Origin: Candidatus Bathyarchaeota archaeon
GTDB lineage: Archaea; Thermoproteota; Bathyarchaeia; 40CM-2-53-6
Direction: 5' to 3'
NCBI GenBank assembly: GCA_963833125.1
Contig: CAWHWX010000019.1
Coordinates: 96,001 to 160,000, forward strand
Length of the DNA stretch: 64,000 nucleotides
Within the stretch, counting starts at the first letter, position 1. Every line of letters starts with the position of its first letter. The notes under the pieces are model-generated. The model saw nothing but the letters and a program-made list of their open reading frames with translations, was not told the origin of the DNA and did no database searches. The position numbers and the translations under genes are program-made. Below are positions 51,268-61,984 of the stretch, piece after piece.

Positions 51268-52305
51268 TTAGCGGTCAGCGTCCTTGGGTCCCCCGCCAAC
51301 TTCCGTCCTGTAGGTATTTTCCTTCCCGACGATCGCCTTCAAACGCTCCTCTACTTCTTCTGCGTTCTTCTTCAGCGCAAAAATGACCACGTTGGGACCG
51401 GCATCAAAAGTGTAGGCCCCATAAGCCAATGGTTGGATAGTGTTTATGATTTCGGTGCTCTTGTCGTTTAGGTAGATGATCGGGGGGTCAGTTCTCCAAC
51501 ACACTGCGTGAAAGTTGTTCGAGGCCTGCTTCGTCAATTTGAACATTTGAAGCCAATTCCTTTCTTTAACGGCGTTGAGTATCGCTGGGAGCAGAGTTTT
51601 TTCCTCGTAATCCACCCATTGCCAATAGTCGTATACACTTCGAACGCTTTCCTTCATGCCCGCCCGGCTTTTTGTTTTCTTCTCTTGTTCTGATTCCACT
51701 TTAGCGTAGATGATGGAGAGGTCGCTGAAGTATGCTGGTTCGTAAAGTGTTTCTGCGTATGAGAGGTCTGAGGCTTCAGCTTCAGAAGTAGCATTGTCAA
51801 ACCCTCGGTGCCAGATAACGAATCCGCCTCGTGAAGGGACGGAACGGGCTGCTGAGCCGGATCCTAATCTCGCTAGTACTGAGAGCTGCCTTTCATTCAA
51901 CTGGGGTAAGCGATCTAGCTTGCTCATCGCTTTTGCGAATGCGAGTGCTAACGCAGAGAATCCCGCTGCAGAGGAAGCAAACCCCGATGCCGTTGGAAAA
52001 TCATTTTGGGATGATATTTCGTACCGATAATCCTTGGTGAATTTGTAGGTTCGGGTAATCTTGTCAAAGAAGTCTTTAACGTAATCGAATTCGCTTTGTG
52101 TTTCCTTTATCTTCTTACCGTTCAGTTGAAATGCGATTTCTCCCTTACCGCTCTCAACCCTAAGGAGGGTCTTTGCGTGGAGCCCTTGGATTGTGAAAGA
52201 GACGGAACTCTTGGTTGGTATGAGCAAATGTTCGTATTTCGGATACTTGCCCCAATACTTCACGAGCGCAATGTTGGTTGGGCTCTCAACGCCAACTACT
52301 AGCAC
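51268..52305 (-). CDS. mvaD: Diphosphomevalonate decarboxylase
   Basis: NIALVKYWGK, NDFPTASGFASSAAG, ARLGSGSAARS, YTFDAGPN. Confidence 0.87.
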   Translation of the reverse strand: MLVVGVESPTNIALVKYWGKYPKYEHLLIPTKSSVSFTIQGLHAKTLLRVESGKGEIAFQLNGKKIKETQSEFDYVKDFFDKITRTYKFTKDYRYEISSQNDFPTASGFASSAAGFSALALAFAKAMSKLDRLPQLNERQLSVLARLGSGSAARSVPSRGGFVIWHRGFDNATSEAEASDLSYAETLYEPAYFSDLSIIYAKVESEQEKKTKSRAGMKESVRSVYDYWQWVDYEEKTLLPAILNAVKERNWLQMFKLTKQASNNFHAVCWRTDPPIIYLNDKSTEIINTIQPLAYGAYTFDAGPNVVIFALKKNAEEVEERLKAIVGKENTYRTEVGGGPKDADR

Positions 52306-52413
52306 ATGGTTCGAGCGAACTAATCGCGTTATAAGAGTTACCCACTGTTAGGAATATTTTTCACCTGTAAATCCCAAGTTCTAAAGGTAAGTAGGTACTT
52401 CGGGTTCAGATGA

Positions 52414-53688
52414 TTGCCGATGGCCAAAAGTTCTGAACTTTCCGGATTCTATAAGCTCACCGTTGCTGACCGGGTAAAAGCGGTTAAGGATTTTGCTGGG
52501 CTCAATGATGAAGAAGCGGCTTTACTTCAGAAGCCAGGGGCGCTGGGATTTGATGTTGCCAATCGCATGGTTGAGAACGTCATCGGCGTAATGCCGGTCC
52601 CGATGGGCGTCGCAATGAATTTTCTCATCAATGGGAGAGAGGTTATTGTTCCTATGGCGATTGAAGAACCATCGGTAATCGCGGCTGCTAGTAATGCGGC
52701 TAAGATGACTCGGGCAAAAGGCGGTTTCCAAGCCACAACCACCGACCCTATCATGATTGGGCAAATTCAGGTCGTGGGAGTTCAGGACGCATACAGAGCA
52801 AGATTTGAAATTCTCGCACAAAAAACGGAGCTCTTGAAGCATGCTAACGCGCAGGACCCTGTCTTAGTCTCTCTGGGGGGCGGTGCTCGAGACTTAGAGG
52901 CTCGGATCATCGACACTTTTCAAGGAAAAATGATCATAGCTGAATTATTGGTCGACTGCCGCGATGCGATGGGAGCAAACGCTGTGAATACGATGACCGA
53001 AGCAATTGCTCCACTTATTGAGAAGATCTCAGGAGGACGGGTCTATCTGCGGATCATATCCAACTTAGCCGTGAAACGATTAGCCCGTGCCAAAGCAACT
53101 TTCCCGAAGGAAGCGCTTGGTGGAGAGGAAGTTGTAAACGGAATTGTGAACGCATACGCCTTTGCGTCAGCGGACCCTTACCGATGTGCAACGCACAACA
53201 AGGGTATCATGAATGGTGTGACTGCTGTCGTCCTTGCAACCGGCAATGATACCCGAGCCATCGAGGCCGGTGCGCACGCATACGCTGCTAGGTCAGGTCA
53301 CTACACATCTCTGACATCATGGGAGAAGGACGCTAATGGCGACCTAGTGGGGACTTTGGAGATGCCGATGGCTGTGGGAATAGTTGGCGGAGCAACTGCA
53401 TCGAATCCAATTGCGAAAATCGCTGTGAAGATTCTTGGGATAAAGACTGCCAGGGACTTGGCAGAAGTGATTGTTTCGGTTGGTCTGGCCCAAAATCTAG
53501 CCGCGCTGCGTGCTCTGGCGTCCGAGGGTATTCAACGTGGGCACATGGGCCTGCATGCGCGGAACGTAGCGATAAGTGTCGGCGCGACAGGAGATCTGAT
53601 CGATAAGATTTCAGCACGTATGGTGGCTGAAAGAAAAGTAAGGGTGGATCGTGCGAAGGAGTTGCTGGAGGAGTTTTCTAGGCGTTAG
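52414..53688 (+). CDS. Class II HMG-CoA reductase
   Basis: ENVIG, EEPSVIAA, DAMGAN, THNKGIMNG, GNDTRA.EA, EGIQRGHM. Confidence 0.94.
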   Translation: MPMAKSSELSGFYKLTVADRVKAVKDFAGLNDEEAALLQKPGALGFDVANRMVENVIGVMPVPMGVAMNFLINGREVIVPMAIEEPSVIAAASNAAKMTRAKGGFQATTTDPIMIGQIQVVGVQDAYRARFEILAQKTELLKHANAQDPVLVSLGGGARDLEARIIDTFQGKMIIAELLVDCRDAMGANAVNTMTEAIAPLIEKISGGRVYLRIISNLAVKRLARAKATFPKEALGGEEVVNGIVNAYAFASADPYRCATHNKGIMNGVTAVVLATGNDTRAIEAGAHAYAARSGHYTSLTSWEKDANGDLVGTLEMPMAVGIVGGATASNPIAKIAVKILGIKTARDLAEVIVSVGLAQNLAALRALASEGIQRGHMGLHARNVAISVGATGDLIDKISARMVAERKVRVDRAKELLEEFSRR

Positions 53689-54049
53689 GTGGTGATGGCG
53701 GAGTTTCAACTTCTACTAGCATTTCGATGCGGCGAATCTTCGGAATCGCATCCTTCTCCATCCACTCGGAGATGGTATCGTACATCTTTCTGTAGTACTT
53801 CTTGGTTGCGTGCTTTACTATTCCGAGGCGTTCCATTCGGCGAATATAGCGCCACTTCATGCTTCGAGAAATTTTGTCTCCCATTAAGCGGTCGATGTCG
53901 ACTTTCTTGAAGACCTTGGGTAGGTGGGCAAATGTTCCAACAATTTCTTTTGGAAAGGCGGTTAAGGATTCCTTCGAAAGTTTTCGTTTGCCGCGAGATT
54001 CAATCCCGCGCATCCTGGTGTCATTTGCTTTCAAAATATACCCTTCCAT
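53678..54049 (-). CDS. Hypothetical basic protein, possible winged-helix
   Basis: WRYIRRMERLGIVK....YRK pattern; 123 aa ORF downstream of the DGGGP synthase gene. Confidence 0.5.
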   Translation of the reverse strand: MEGYILKANDTRMRGIESRGKRKLSKESLTAFPKEIVGTFAHLPKVFKKVDIDRLMGDKISRSMKWRYIRRMERLGIVKHATKKYYRKMYDTISEWMEKDAIPKIRRIEMLVEVETPPSPPNA

Positions 54050-54121
54050 TCGCCCTTACGGTTTCGATCTCATAAAAGCCTTGTGAACCATGCTTTTCGG
54101 TGTCATTCAATGGCCGGTCCA

Positions 54122-54961
54122 TCACAAGGAGCCGAACACGAAGGCGAGTAGGCCGAACGTCATCCAGAGAAGTACGTACTTCTTGCTGCGCTTTGCATTC
54201 CGGGGGCTTGGATTACTCAAAATGGAGTACGCGGTCAATACAAAGCCAAAGTCGCATATTGCGACCAGTGGTATATAGAGGGAGGTAACCAAACCGAATA
54301 GTAACGGTAGCGAGCTTAGGGCAACGGCGGCTAGGAAGAGCGCGGCGCCATACTTCCCAGCGACCACATTCCCTTTTGTTACGGCGATAGATCTAACTCC
54401 TCGCGATTGATCGCCGGGAACATCAACGATGCCCTTCACAATTTCCCGCCCTACGCTTGAGAGGAAAGCCAGCAGAGCGAAAATGGTGAGTGACCAATTC
54501 AGACTAGCTACAGCAAATCCACCATAGAGGAACGGTATCGCTACGTTCGTGCTAACCAATATATTGCCGAGCAGACCCGTTTTCTTCAGCTTCGCATTGT
54601 AAGAAATCATAATCACCAGGCTAAGCAGCGCTATCACGAGAGTTGGAATCCCAGTGTTAGAGGCTGATAGAAGCCCAAGAGATGCTAAGATCGCAGCAAA
54701 GGAGAGCGCTTCTCTCGCACTAACCACGCCCGAAGGTAGAGGCCGCGTAGGCTCGTTGATCGAATCGATCTCACGGTCAAAATAATCATTTACTACCATT
54801 GAAGCGGCCAACAGAAAGAAACCTGCAGCGAAACCGTAAAGCAGAGCCCTGGCGGTAACCGTTGAAGAAGATATGATTTCACCCACGATGACTGCGAAGC
54901 CTATCATTACGCAATTAGGCAAGCGCATGATAGTTAGGAGTCCAACGATTTTCTGGACCAT
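54122..54961 (-). CDS. Digeranylgeranylglyceryl phosphate synthase (UbiA family)
   Basis: R.PN, NDYFDREID.INEP.RPLPSG, REIVKGIVDVPGD; likely ATG at 54961. Confidence 0.9.
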   Translation of the reverse strand: MVQKIVGLLTIMRLPNCVMIGFAVIVGEIISSSTVTARALLYGFAAGFFLLAASMVVNDYFDREIDSINEPTRPLPSGVVSAREALSFAAILASLGLLSASNTGIPTLVIALLSLVIMISYNAKLKKTGLLGNILVSTNVAIPFLYGGFAVASLNWSLTIFALLAFLSSVGREIVKGIVDVPGDQSRGVRSIAVTKGNVVAGKYGAALFLAAVALSSLPLLFGLVTSLYIPLVAICDFGFVLTAYSILSNPSPRNAKRSKKYVLLWMTFGLLAFVFGSL

Positions 54962-55104
54962 GGAATAGTTAGAGTTGGACTGCAATTCTTTCGGGCCCAC
55001 TTGATGCGCGAACAACTCTTTAACCCACCATTTTAATAGTGTCACGCCCGTTTGAACAACAGTCAATCTCTCTCAACACTCCGAGATGGTGGGTGACTCA
55101 TCCC

Positions 55105-55854
55105 TTGTCCGAAATCAAAATCGGCCCCGTAGAAAATCATCTACTGACAGTGATTAAGGAAAGAGGAGTTGCTCACCTAACCCTCTTCGACCCAGAAAAA
55201 CTGACGCCGTTTGCCGCCAAGAAATTGGCGGCCGAGGTTAAGAAGGCTGGTACGGCTGCGGCCATGGTTGGAGGTTCCACGTCGACCTCAGTCTATGAGC
55301 TCGATGCAATTGTTAAAGCGATCAAGCCTTCCGGGCTCAAGGTGATCCTTTTTCCGAACGATGTTGCGGGGTTGAGCCGGGATGCCGATGCTGTCTTCTT
55401 CATGTCTCTGTTGAATTCGATAAATCCATACTACCTCTCGGGAGCCCAAGCGCTTGGAGCTCCACTAGTGAAGAAGTACCGTATCGAACCGATTCCGCTG
55501 GCGTACTTGATTATAGGAGAACACGCTGGCGCAGCAGGTTTTGTGGGCAACGCGAACCCCATCCCATACGACAAGCCCGAACTAGCAGCAATCTACGCCC
55601 TAGCCGCAGAATATCTCGGGATGAGATTCGTCTACCTTGAAGCCGGCTCAGGAGCGAAACATATAGTCTCTTCAGAAATGGTTTCGGCGGTGCGCAAGAC
55701 TTGCCGAATGCATATCATAGCGGGCGGCGGCATTAGATCCCCACCACAGGCCGTAAAACTTGTGAAGGCAGGCGTCGATCTAATCGTTACGGGTACAATT
55801 GCGGAAAAAGCATCTGTGAGGAAACTGCGCGAAATAATCCAAGCCATACAGTAA
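55105..55854 (+). CDS. Geranylgeranylglyceryl phosphate synthase
   Basis: H.TLFDP, VGGST, ILFP, FMSLLNS, YLEAGSGA, GGGIR, VTGT; TTG start behind GGTGA. Confidence 0.93.
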   Translation: MSEIKIGPVENHLLTVIKERGVAHLTLFDPEKLTPFAAKKLAAEVKKAGTAAAMVGGSTSTSVYELDAIVKAIKPSGLKVILFPNDVAGLSRDADAVFFMSLLNSINPYYLSGAQALGAPLVKKYRIEPIPLAYLIIGEHAGAAGFVGNANPIPYDKPELAAIYALAAEYLGMRFVYLEAGSGAKHIVSSEMVSAVRKTCRMHIIAGGGIRSPPQAVKLVKAGVDLIVTGTIAEKASVRKLREIIQAIQ

Positions 55855-55857
55855 CAG

Positions 55858-57684
55858 TTGGCTAGCCGCTTGGCGCATTCGTTCTCGAGACGCATCACTG
55901 GTACCACGCCCTACTACAACATGATTAGGCGGATAGCATTTCCATCGACAAGGACGATCATTGTCAACTCGATTCTCTTCACAACATTCGGAATCGGATT
56001 GTCCTTCCTAATATCAGAAGGTACACCCGGATCCTTCCTGGTCGGCATGGTATGGGGAGTAGCCACCCTCGCCATTCCTGCTCTCGCGTCAGACATCGTT
56101 CTCTACTTCACGATAATGAAGAAGGACCCCCTCTTCTACTTGAGACGGTGTCTTGGTCTCTCACTGTTCACAACGATCACGATGGTTATTGTGTTTCTAC
56201 TCAGTGCAATCATCGCCGTCCTCGATCCAAGGTTCATCTTTCCTGACTTCGCTATCATAGTAGGATTATTTGCCGTTATTCCGCCGAGGGCTCTGGCGGT
56301 TTTTTCAATGTCGAGGACCAGCTTCGCAAGGAGATTGCTGTTCGCGCTCCTTGAACCATGCTTGATAGTGATAACTGTGGTACTTCTGTTCGGCCTTCCG
56401 GCGGGACGCATGTTTACGGGTCTGCTGCTCGCCTCAACTGTTGGTGTGGCGTTTGCTTTTGCGTTGATTTCCACGATTGAATCCAATGGCCGCAAAGCAA
56501 TAGGGTTCTCACCCATCCGAATGTTTCGTGCTTTCCTGACTGATTGGTTAGAAGGCCAGAATGATGAGCTCGAGTCATACCTCTACGAGTTAGGTGTGGA
56601 AACCGAGGTAGATACGGCCGCATTTGCGTTTCGCAAGAAAGGAAGTCAGAACATTAAGGGCATGATTCTAGTCTCCACCCTACATCCTGGTCCATTCCTA
56701 AACGTCGGTAGCAGCGTTTTCCCATATCTGTTCGAATCCGCTGTCCAGAGAACGTTCAATGCGGTGGCGTTGGTCCCTCACGGTGCATCCGGCCACGAAC
56801 TGAACCTAGTGTCCCAAGAGCAGAATGAAAGAATCCTCAACTGGGTGTTCACGAACCTCGAAAAGGCAGAATATTACGGAGGCGCCACTCCCGTTGAAAG
56901 AAGTGCCAACGAGATGGCCACTGCGACTTCGCAAATCTTCGACGGGTGCGCTCTAGTTACGATGACTACTTCGCCGCTGGACATGGAGGATATCCCGTCT
57001 GAATTAGGGAGAAACCTGTTTGGACTCACGCACGGCAAATTTCGGAGCTTAGCGTTAGTCGACGCTCACAATTGTCTCACTGGCCCCACAACCATGACTC
57101 CTCAGAAGGTAGGTGCGCTCCAGGAGGCAGCGTTGGCTGCGTTACAGATTTCCTCAGAGCAACAGTCAAAGAACTTCAAGGTTGGAGTTGCCCACAAGAC
57201 GCCGGAAGGATTTACGTTGAAGGATGGGTTCGGGCCGGGGGGAATCTCTGTAATTGCCCTCGAAGTCGAGGGCCAGCGGTTCGCATACATAACTATCGAT
57301 GGGAACAACATGATTAGTGGGCTGAGGGAAGAGATTCTCAAGAGTGTCAAAAGCATAGGCTTTGATGATGCAGAGGTCATGACAACCGACACACACATGG
57401 TCAATGGAATAGTATCCGCACGTCTAGGGTACCACCCCATAGGCGAAGTCGTTCCAAGAAGACCAATAGTCCAAGAAATCACAGCGGAATGCCGAGAGGC
57501 TCTGAGCAACTTAGAGGAGGGTGAGGTCGGTGTGATCTCCGGTCAGATCCCAGTTACAACGCTCGGCCAGAAATCACTAAGGCGCGTTATGGGCATGGTT
57601 TACAGAGTCTCGAAATTGACCGCCCTCACGCTTTTCCCAATGGTAGTAGTAATCACGGTCCTATCCCTACTCTTTCTGGTGTGA
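55858..57684 (+). CDS. DUF2070 family membrane protein
   Basis: N-terminal TMs, HPGPF..VGSS, HG.SGHE.N, DAHN, DGNNM, TTDTH. Confidence 0.85.
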   Translation: MASRLAHSFSRRITGTTPYYNMIRRIAFPSTRTIIVNSILFTTFGIGLSFLISEGTPGSFLVGMVWGVATLAIPALASDIVLYFTIMKKDPLFYLRRCLGLSLFTTITMVIVFLLSAIIAVLDPRFIFPDFAIIVGLFAVIPPRALAVFSMSRTSFARRLLFALLEPCLIVITVVLLFGLPAGRMFTGLLLASTVGVAFAFALISTIESNGRKAIGFSPIRMFRAFLTDWLEGQNDELESYLYELGVETEVDTAAFAFRKKGSQNIKGMILVSTLHPGPFLNVGSSVFPYLFESAVQRTFNAVALVPHGASGHELNLVSQEQNERILNWVFTNLEKAEYYGGATPVERSANEMATATSQIFDGCALVTMTTSPLDMEDIPSELGRNLFGLTHGKFRSLALVDAHNCLTGPTTMTPQKVGALQEAALAALQISSEQQSKNFKVGVAHKTPEGFTLKDGFGPGGISVIALEVEGQRFAYITIDGNNMISGLREEILKSVKSIGFDDAEVMTTDTHMVNGIVSARLGYHPIGEVVPRRPIVQEITAECREALSNLEEGEVGVISGQIPVTTLGQKSLRRVMGMVYRVSKLTALTLFPMVVVITVLSLLFLV

Positions 57685-58759
57685 CAATGATCCCAAGCGT
57701 ACCTCGTGATTCACATTACATGCAGCTTCCACGGGAGGTTTTGATTGGCAACAACGTTGCGCCTTTGGTGGGCGAGACACTGATCAGACTCGGCTTTCAC
57801 GGCCCGACACTGATGGTTACTGGTGAGAAGGTAATCTCGATTGCAGGCGACACCGTCCTTGAATCACTGAAACTGCGTGGTTTCAAAACGGAAACGATGA
57901 CCGTAAAGAGTTCCACAACTGAGGAAGTGGGTAAGGTTGAGAACAAGATCCGTGAGATGAAACCCGACGTGGTCGTTGGTGTTGGCGGTGGTAAGGATAT
58001 CGACGTAGCCAAGCTGAGCAGCATGAGAGCGGGCACTCGATTCCTAAGTGTACCGACGGCCGCATCACATGATGGCATCGCCAGCCCGCTTGTTTCGATG
58101 AAGGGCATGGATCGCCCCTATTCCTACGTTGCTCATTCCCCAATCGCCATCGTCGCAGACACCGCCATAATCGCCAAGTCACCATACCGACTAATCGCAA
58201 GTGGCTGTGGGGACGTAGTTGCAAAGTATACGGCTGTGCGGGACTGGAAGTTGGCGCATCGAATAAAGAACGAATACTACGGAGACTACGCAGCCGAACT
58301 TGCTCTAATGAGTTCACGTGTTGTCATTAAGAACGCCAGTCCAGCATTCGGGCGATGTCCGATTCAGGAGTGAGGACCTTGGTGGAGGCGTTGATCAGTT
58401 GCGGAGTGGCGATGAGCATAGCAGGCACAAGCCGCCCTTGCAGCGGAGCGGAGCACCTCTTCAGCCACTCGCTTGCCATGATCGCCCCGAAACCAGCCTT
58501 GCATGGTGAACAGTGTGGCGTTGGCACGATCATGTGTGCATATTTGCATGGAGCGAATTGGCAGTTGATCAAGGACTTCCTTCACAAGATTGACGCTCCC
58601 ACAACGGCAAAGGAATTGCAGATTGAGTCAGAGTACATACTGAAAGCGCTAACCATGGCGCATAGTATACGGCCCGAACGTTACACAATTCTAGGAGAAA
58701 GTGGTTTAACTCAAGATGCGGCTCGTAAGGTTGCGACGATCACCGGCGTGATCGAATAG
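57681..58759 (+). CDS. egsA: sn-glycerol-1-phosphate dehydrogenase (frameshift near 58340)
   Basis: [48 protein letters not shown]. Confidence 0.94.
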
Positions 58760-58789
58760 GGCACAGAAATCCACCGAGAGCAAAGCCGA

Positions 58790-60527
58790 ATGTCCACCCT
58801 TGATATCGAGGAGAAAATCAGGAAAGCCGCGGTTCTAAACGCGATCAAACACAACGGAAACGCAGATCCCGGCGCTGTTCTAGGTAATCTTCTCGGGGAA
58901 AACAACGACCTAAAACCAAAAGCAAAAGAACTCATGACAGCGGTCCGTCGAGTCGTTCAAGAAGTTAACTCAACAAAGCTGGAGGAGCTGAACCGAGAAG
59001 CGTCCGAGAAATGGCCGGAGGAATTAGTGAAGGAGAAGCCGGAAGAGGAGAGAAAGCTCCCTCCGCTGCCAAATGCTGATAAATATTCAAGAATTGTGAC
59101 TCGTGTAGCTCCTAATCCCGACTTTGTACTTCATATTGGTAATGCGCAGGCTGCGATCCTCAGCCACGATTATGCTAGAATGTACAACGGTAAGTTCATT
59201 GTTAGATTCGAAGACACCGATCCCCGCCTTAAGAAAGCTCAGCTACGATACTACGACATTATTCGAGAGGACCTGAAATGGTTAAGCTGTGATTGGGATG
59301 AGGAATACATCCAGAGTGATCGTATTCTAAACTACTACGAAGTCGGGCAAGCTCTTCTTTCGAAGGACGCAGCCTACGTGTGCGAATGCCAACCTGAACG
59401 ATGGCGCGAACTTGTCAACACCAGAGCAGCATGCCCACACAGGGATCTAGGTGTCGGGAACCAAATCGAAAGATGGGAGAAGATGCTGAATGGAGGCTAC
59501 GGTGAAGGACAAGCCGTCTACAGAGTGAAAACGGATCTGAATGATCCGAATCCCGCCGTTCGGGACTGGCCCGGATTCCGAATTGTTGACACGATCAAGA
59601 ACCCTCACCCACGTGTAGGTTCGAAGTTTAGAGTCTGGCCGCTGTATAACATGGCGTCCGGGGTTGACGACCACGAGCTTGGAATAACCCACGTGATTAG
59701 GGGAAAGGAGCATTTGACCAACATGGCTCGCCAACTGTTCATGTATCGGCACCTGGGTTGGACTTACCCAACCGCTGTTCATTTCGGCAGGTTGAAGGTC
59801 GAAGGAATGAACCTGAGCAAATCGAAGATGATGAGAGCTCTTGACGAGGGAGAATACGACGGAGTTGACGATCCAAGGCTCGGGACACTGGCAGCACTTC
59901 GAAGGCGGGGATACCGCGCCGAGACGATTAGGCAGCTAATTTGGGATGTAGGACCGAAACCTGTAGATGTAACGATCAGCTGGGATAACATCAACGCCAT
60001 CAACCGCAAACTCATCGATCCAACCTCACACCGATACTACTTCGTCCCAGACCCAATTACAACGATCGTGAGTGGTGTAGAAGAGAGCAAGGAAGTACAC
60101 GCCCCCCTCCATCCACAATATCCAGAGATGGGCACTAGGACTCTGAAAGTACACGCCCACAATGGCATCGTTAAGCTACTCCTGGCAGGGACCGACAGGG
60201 CGCTTTTAGTCTCTGGCAAAATGGTAAGGTTGATGGGGCTCTTCAGGATGCGACCAGATGGCTTCTCGCATGGCGAACTGAAGGGAGTATACTTGGGCGA
60301 TTCGGCAGGGAAAGCTGAGGATGTCCCGATCCTGCAATGGGTGCCGAGCGAAGAAATCGTCCCTGTAACCGTGGTGATGCCAGACGCTACCAATTGTAAG
60401 GGGTTTCGCTGAGAAAGGATTAGTTGCAGAACCTGTTGGATCCGTGATTCAGTTTGTTAGGTTCGGGTTTGGAAGAGTCGACCAAGTTACGGAAAATGGG
60501 TTAACAGTGTATTTCGCACACCAATGA
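58790..60527 (+). CDS. gltX: Glutamate--tRNA ligase (frameshift near 60404)
   Basis: APNP..LHIGN, FEDTDP, THVIRGKEH, LSKS, shifted tail IQFVRFGFGRVD. Confidence 0.96.
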
Positions 60528-60551
60528 TCGAATGTGCCATAGGGGAATAGA

Positions 60552-60797
60552 ATGTCAAACGCTCCAAACGCGATTGAGAATGAAGAGTTGTGGAAGGCCC
60601 TTGTTGACACGGCACATGCCCTTCTGATGTACAAGAGCCATAAGCGGTATGTTCAGGAGGTAATGCTCAAGGAGAACCCTGACATCTCTCCAGACGAACT
60701 AGCCGTACGACTCAACATACCGAAAGGAGAATCCCTCGTCCTTCTCGCTGAAACTGCGCGGAGAGACGGAGAAATCGAAGGGCGCTGGAGAAGGTAG
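60552..60797 (+). CDS. Small hypothetical protein, possible HTH
   Basis: 81 aa with ENPDISPDELAVRLNIP; purine-rich SD upstream. Confidence 0.6.
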   Translation: MSNAPNAIENEELWKALVDTAHALLMYKSHKRYVQEVMLKENPDISPDELAVRLNIPKGESLVLLAETARRDGEIEGRWRR

Positions 60798-61228
60798 AAG
60801 GCAAGAGTGATGATCGAAGCCTACTTGACTTCACGAGGTAGGGTTTCGAAAGATGATTAGGCCGTCGGGTGTCCATTGACTCAGCTGGGTATTCGTCCAT
60901 TTATGTAAACTCGATATTGGAATAAGTCGATTATCGACCATTCTTCTTTTCGATGTATGTCGATTTTTGAGTTGACCTTTATATGTGTCTGGGTGTACTA
61001 CACGAATTCTGTGGTACATTACTGTGCTATCCATGGGACTCTCGAATATCGGCAAATACCTCCCTCTGGGGATCGCCGTGTTTTACGTCATTGCAGGCGA
61101 TTACACGTCATTCTTCCGGTACCTTCAGGTCATCCTGTAACTTAGGGAAGTCGAACCAGTCCTAACTCAATGAAACTGGCCTCTTCAAGGCTTGCAAGAG
61201 GGTCTTCGGTATAGAACCTAAATTTGCA

Positions 61229-61345
61229 GGGTGTAATCACCCAATCATTGGGTGTATTCACCCACTTTCAGAACCTTAGCCGCCTAACGAAAGAATGCAT
61301 TACCCGAGCTAGGGTGGATCCACCCCTCAAGGGGTGGCGCCAAAC
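61229..61345. repeat. Phased array of GGGTG-N4-CACCC palindromes
   Basis: Perfect units at 61229, 61250 and 61312; degenerate unit at 61332. Confidence 0.7.
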
Positions 61346-61529
61346 GGTGCCAAACGAAGACAACCACCGCCCCACTCTACGCCCCAATCCCCCATACGAA
61401 GCGGTTTGCAGCAACAACCGACAAGTTGACGTTACCTCTTGTTGGCGCCTTGCTCGATGTTATATCTACTGCACTCTAAGGCTCAATTACTTGGGGGTGA
61501 GTTGGAAATGGAAGTTGAAAGTTCGAAAG

Positions 61530-61739
61530 ATGCCTGGTTGGGTGTGGGCTCTAGCCATTGTAGTAGGGTTAGTGACTCTTGTTGCGGGATTTCTCGTTTT
61601 GGTGTACCCTGCACTAGGGCTTCTTGTTGTCGTGTACATTCTAGCCTTTGCTCTGATACTCCTCGGTATAGAGAGGCTTGGAATGGGAATTACGGGACAC
61701 GCCTACGTCGCTAAGAAACCAGAGCCAGCAAAAACCTGA
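61530..61739 (+). CDS. Small two-TM DUF308/HdeD-like membrane protein or fragment
   Basis: W..IVVGLVTLVAG.LVLVYP.LG......AFALILLGIERL. Confidence 0.55.
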   Translation: MPGWVWALAIVVGLVTLVAGFLVLVYPALGLLVVVYILAFALILLGIERLGMGITGHAYVAKKPEPAKT

Positions 61740-61984
61740 TCCACTTAACGGGAGTCAAGAGCACTTGCGCTCCCTCGCTCCTCATTTTCTTTTAAGGTCT
61801 CAACTAAACGCATTGGATGATGAAGTAGAGCGATTCCGTATTGAAACTGCTTTGCCTGTCGGGGCGCATATTCCACTGAGTAGAAATTAGGCATAATTAC
61901 TCTTTACGACTTGCTCTCCAAGCCACGTTAAATACCCTAACGGCACACAGCAGGTTCCCAGAGGATAAATGGAGGTGTTTGAGA

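Noticed and set aside
60831-61165. Short overlapping ORFs after 60797
   Set aside because: No motif, SD or coherent frame; possibly degraded sequence
61229-61345. CRISPR array
   Set aside because: Units are 14 bp with 6-7 bp spacers, and there are no cas genes or leader
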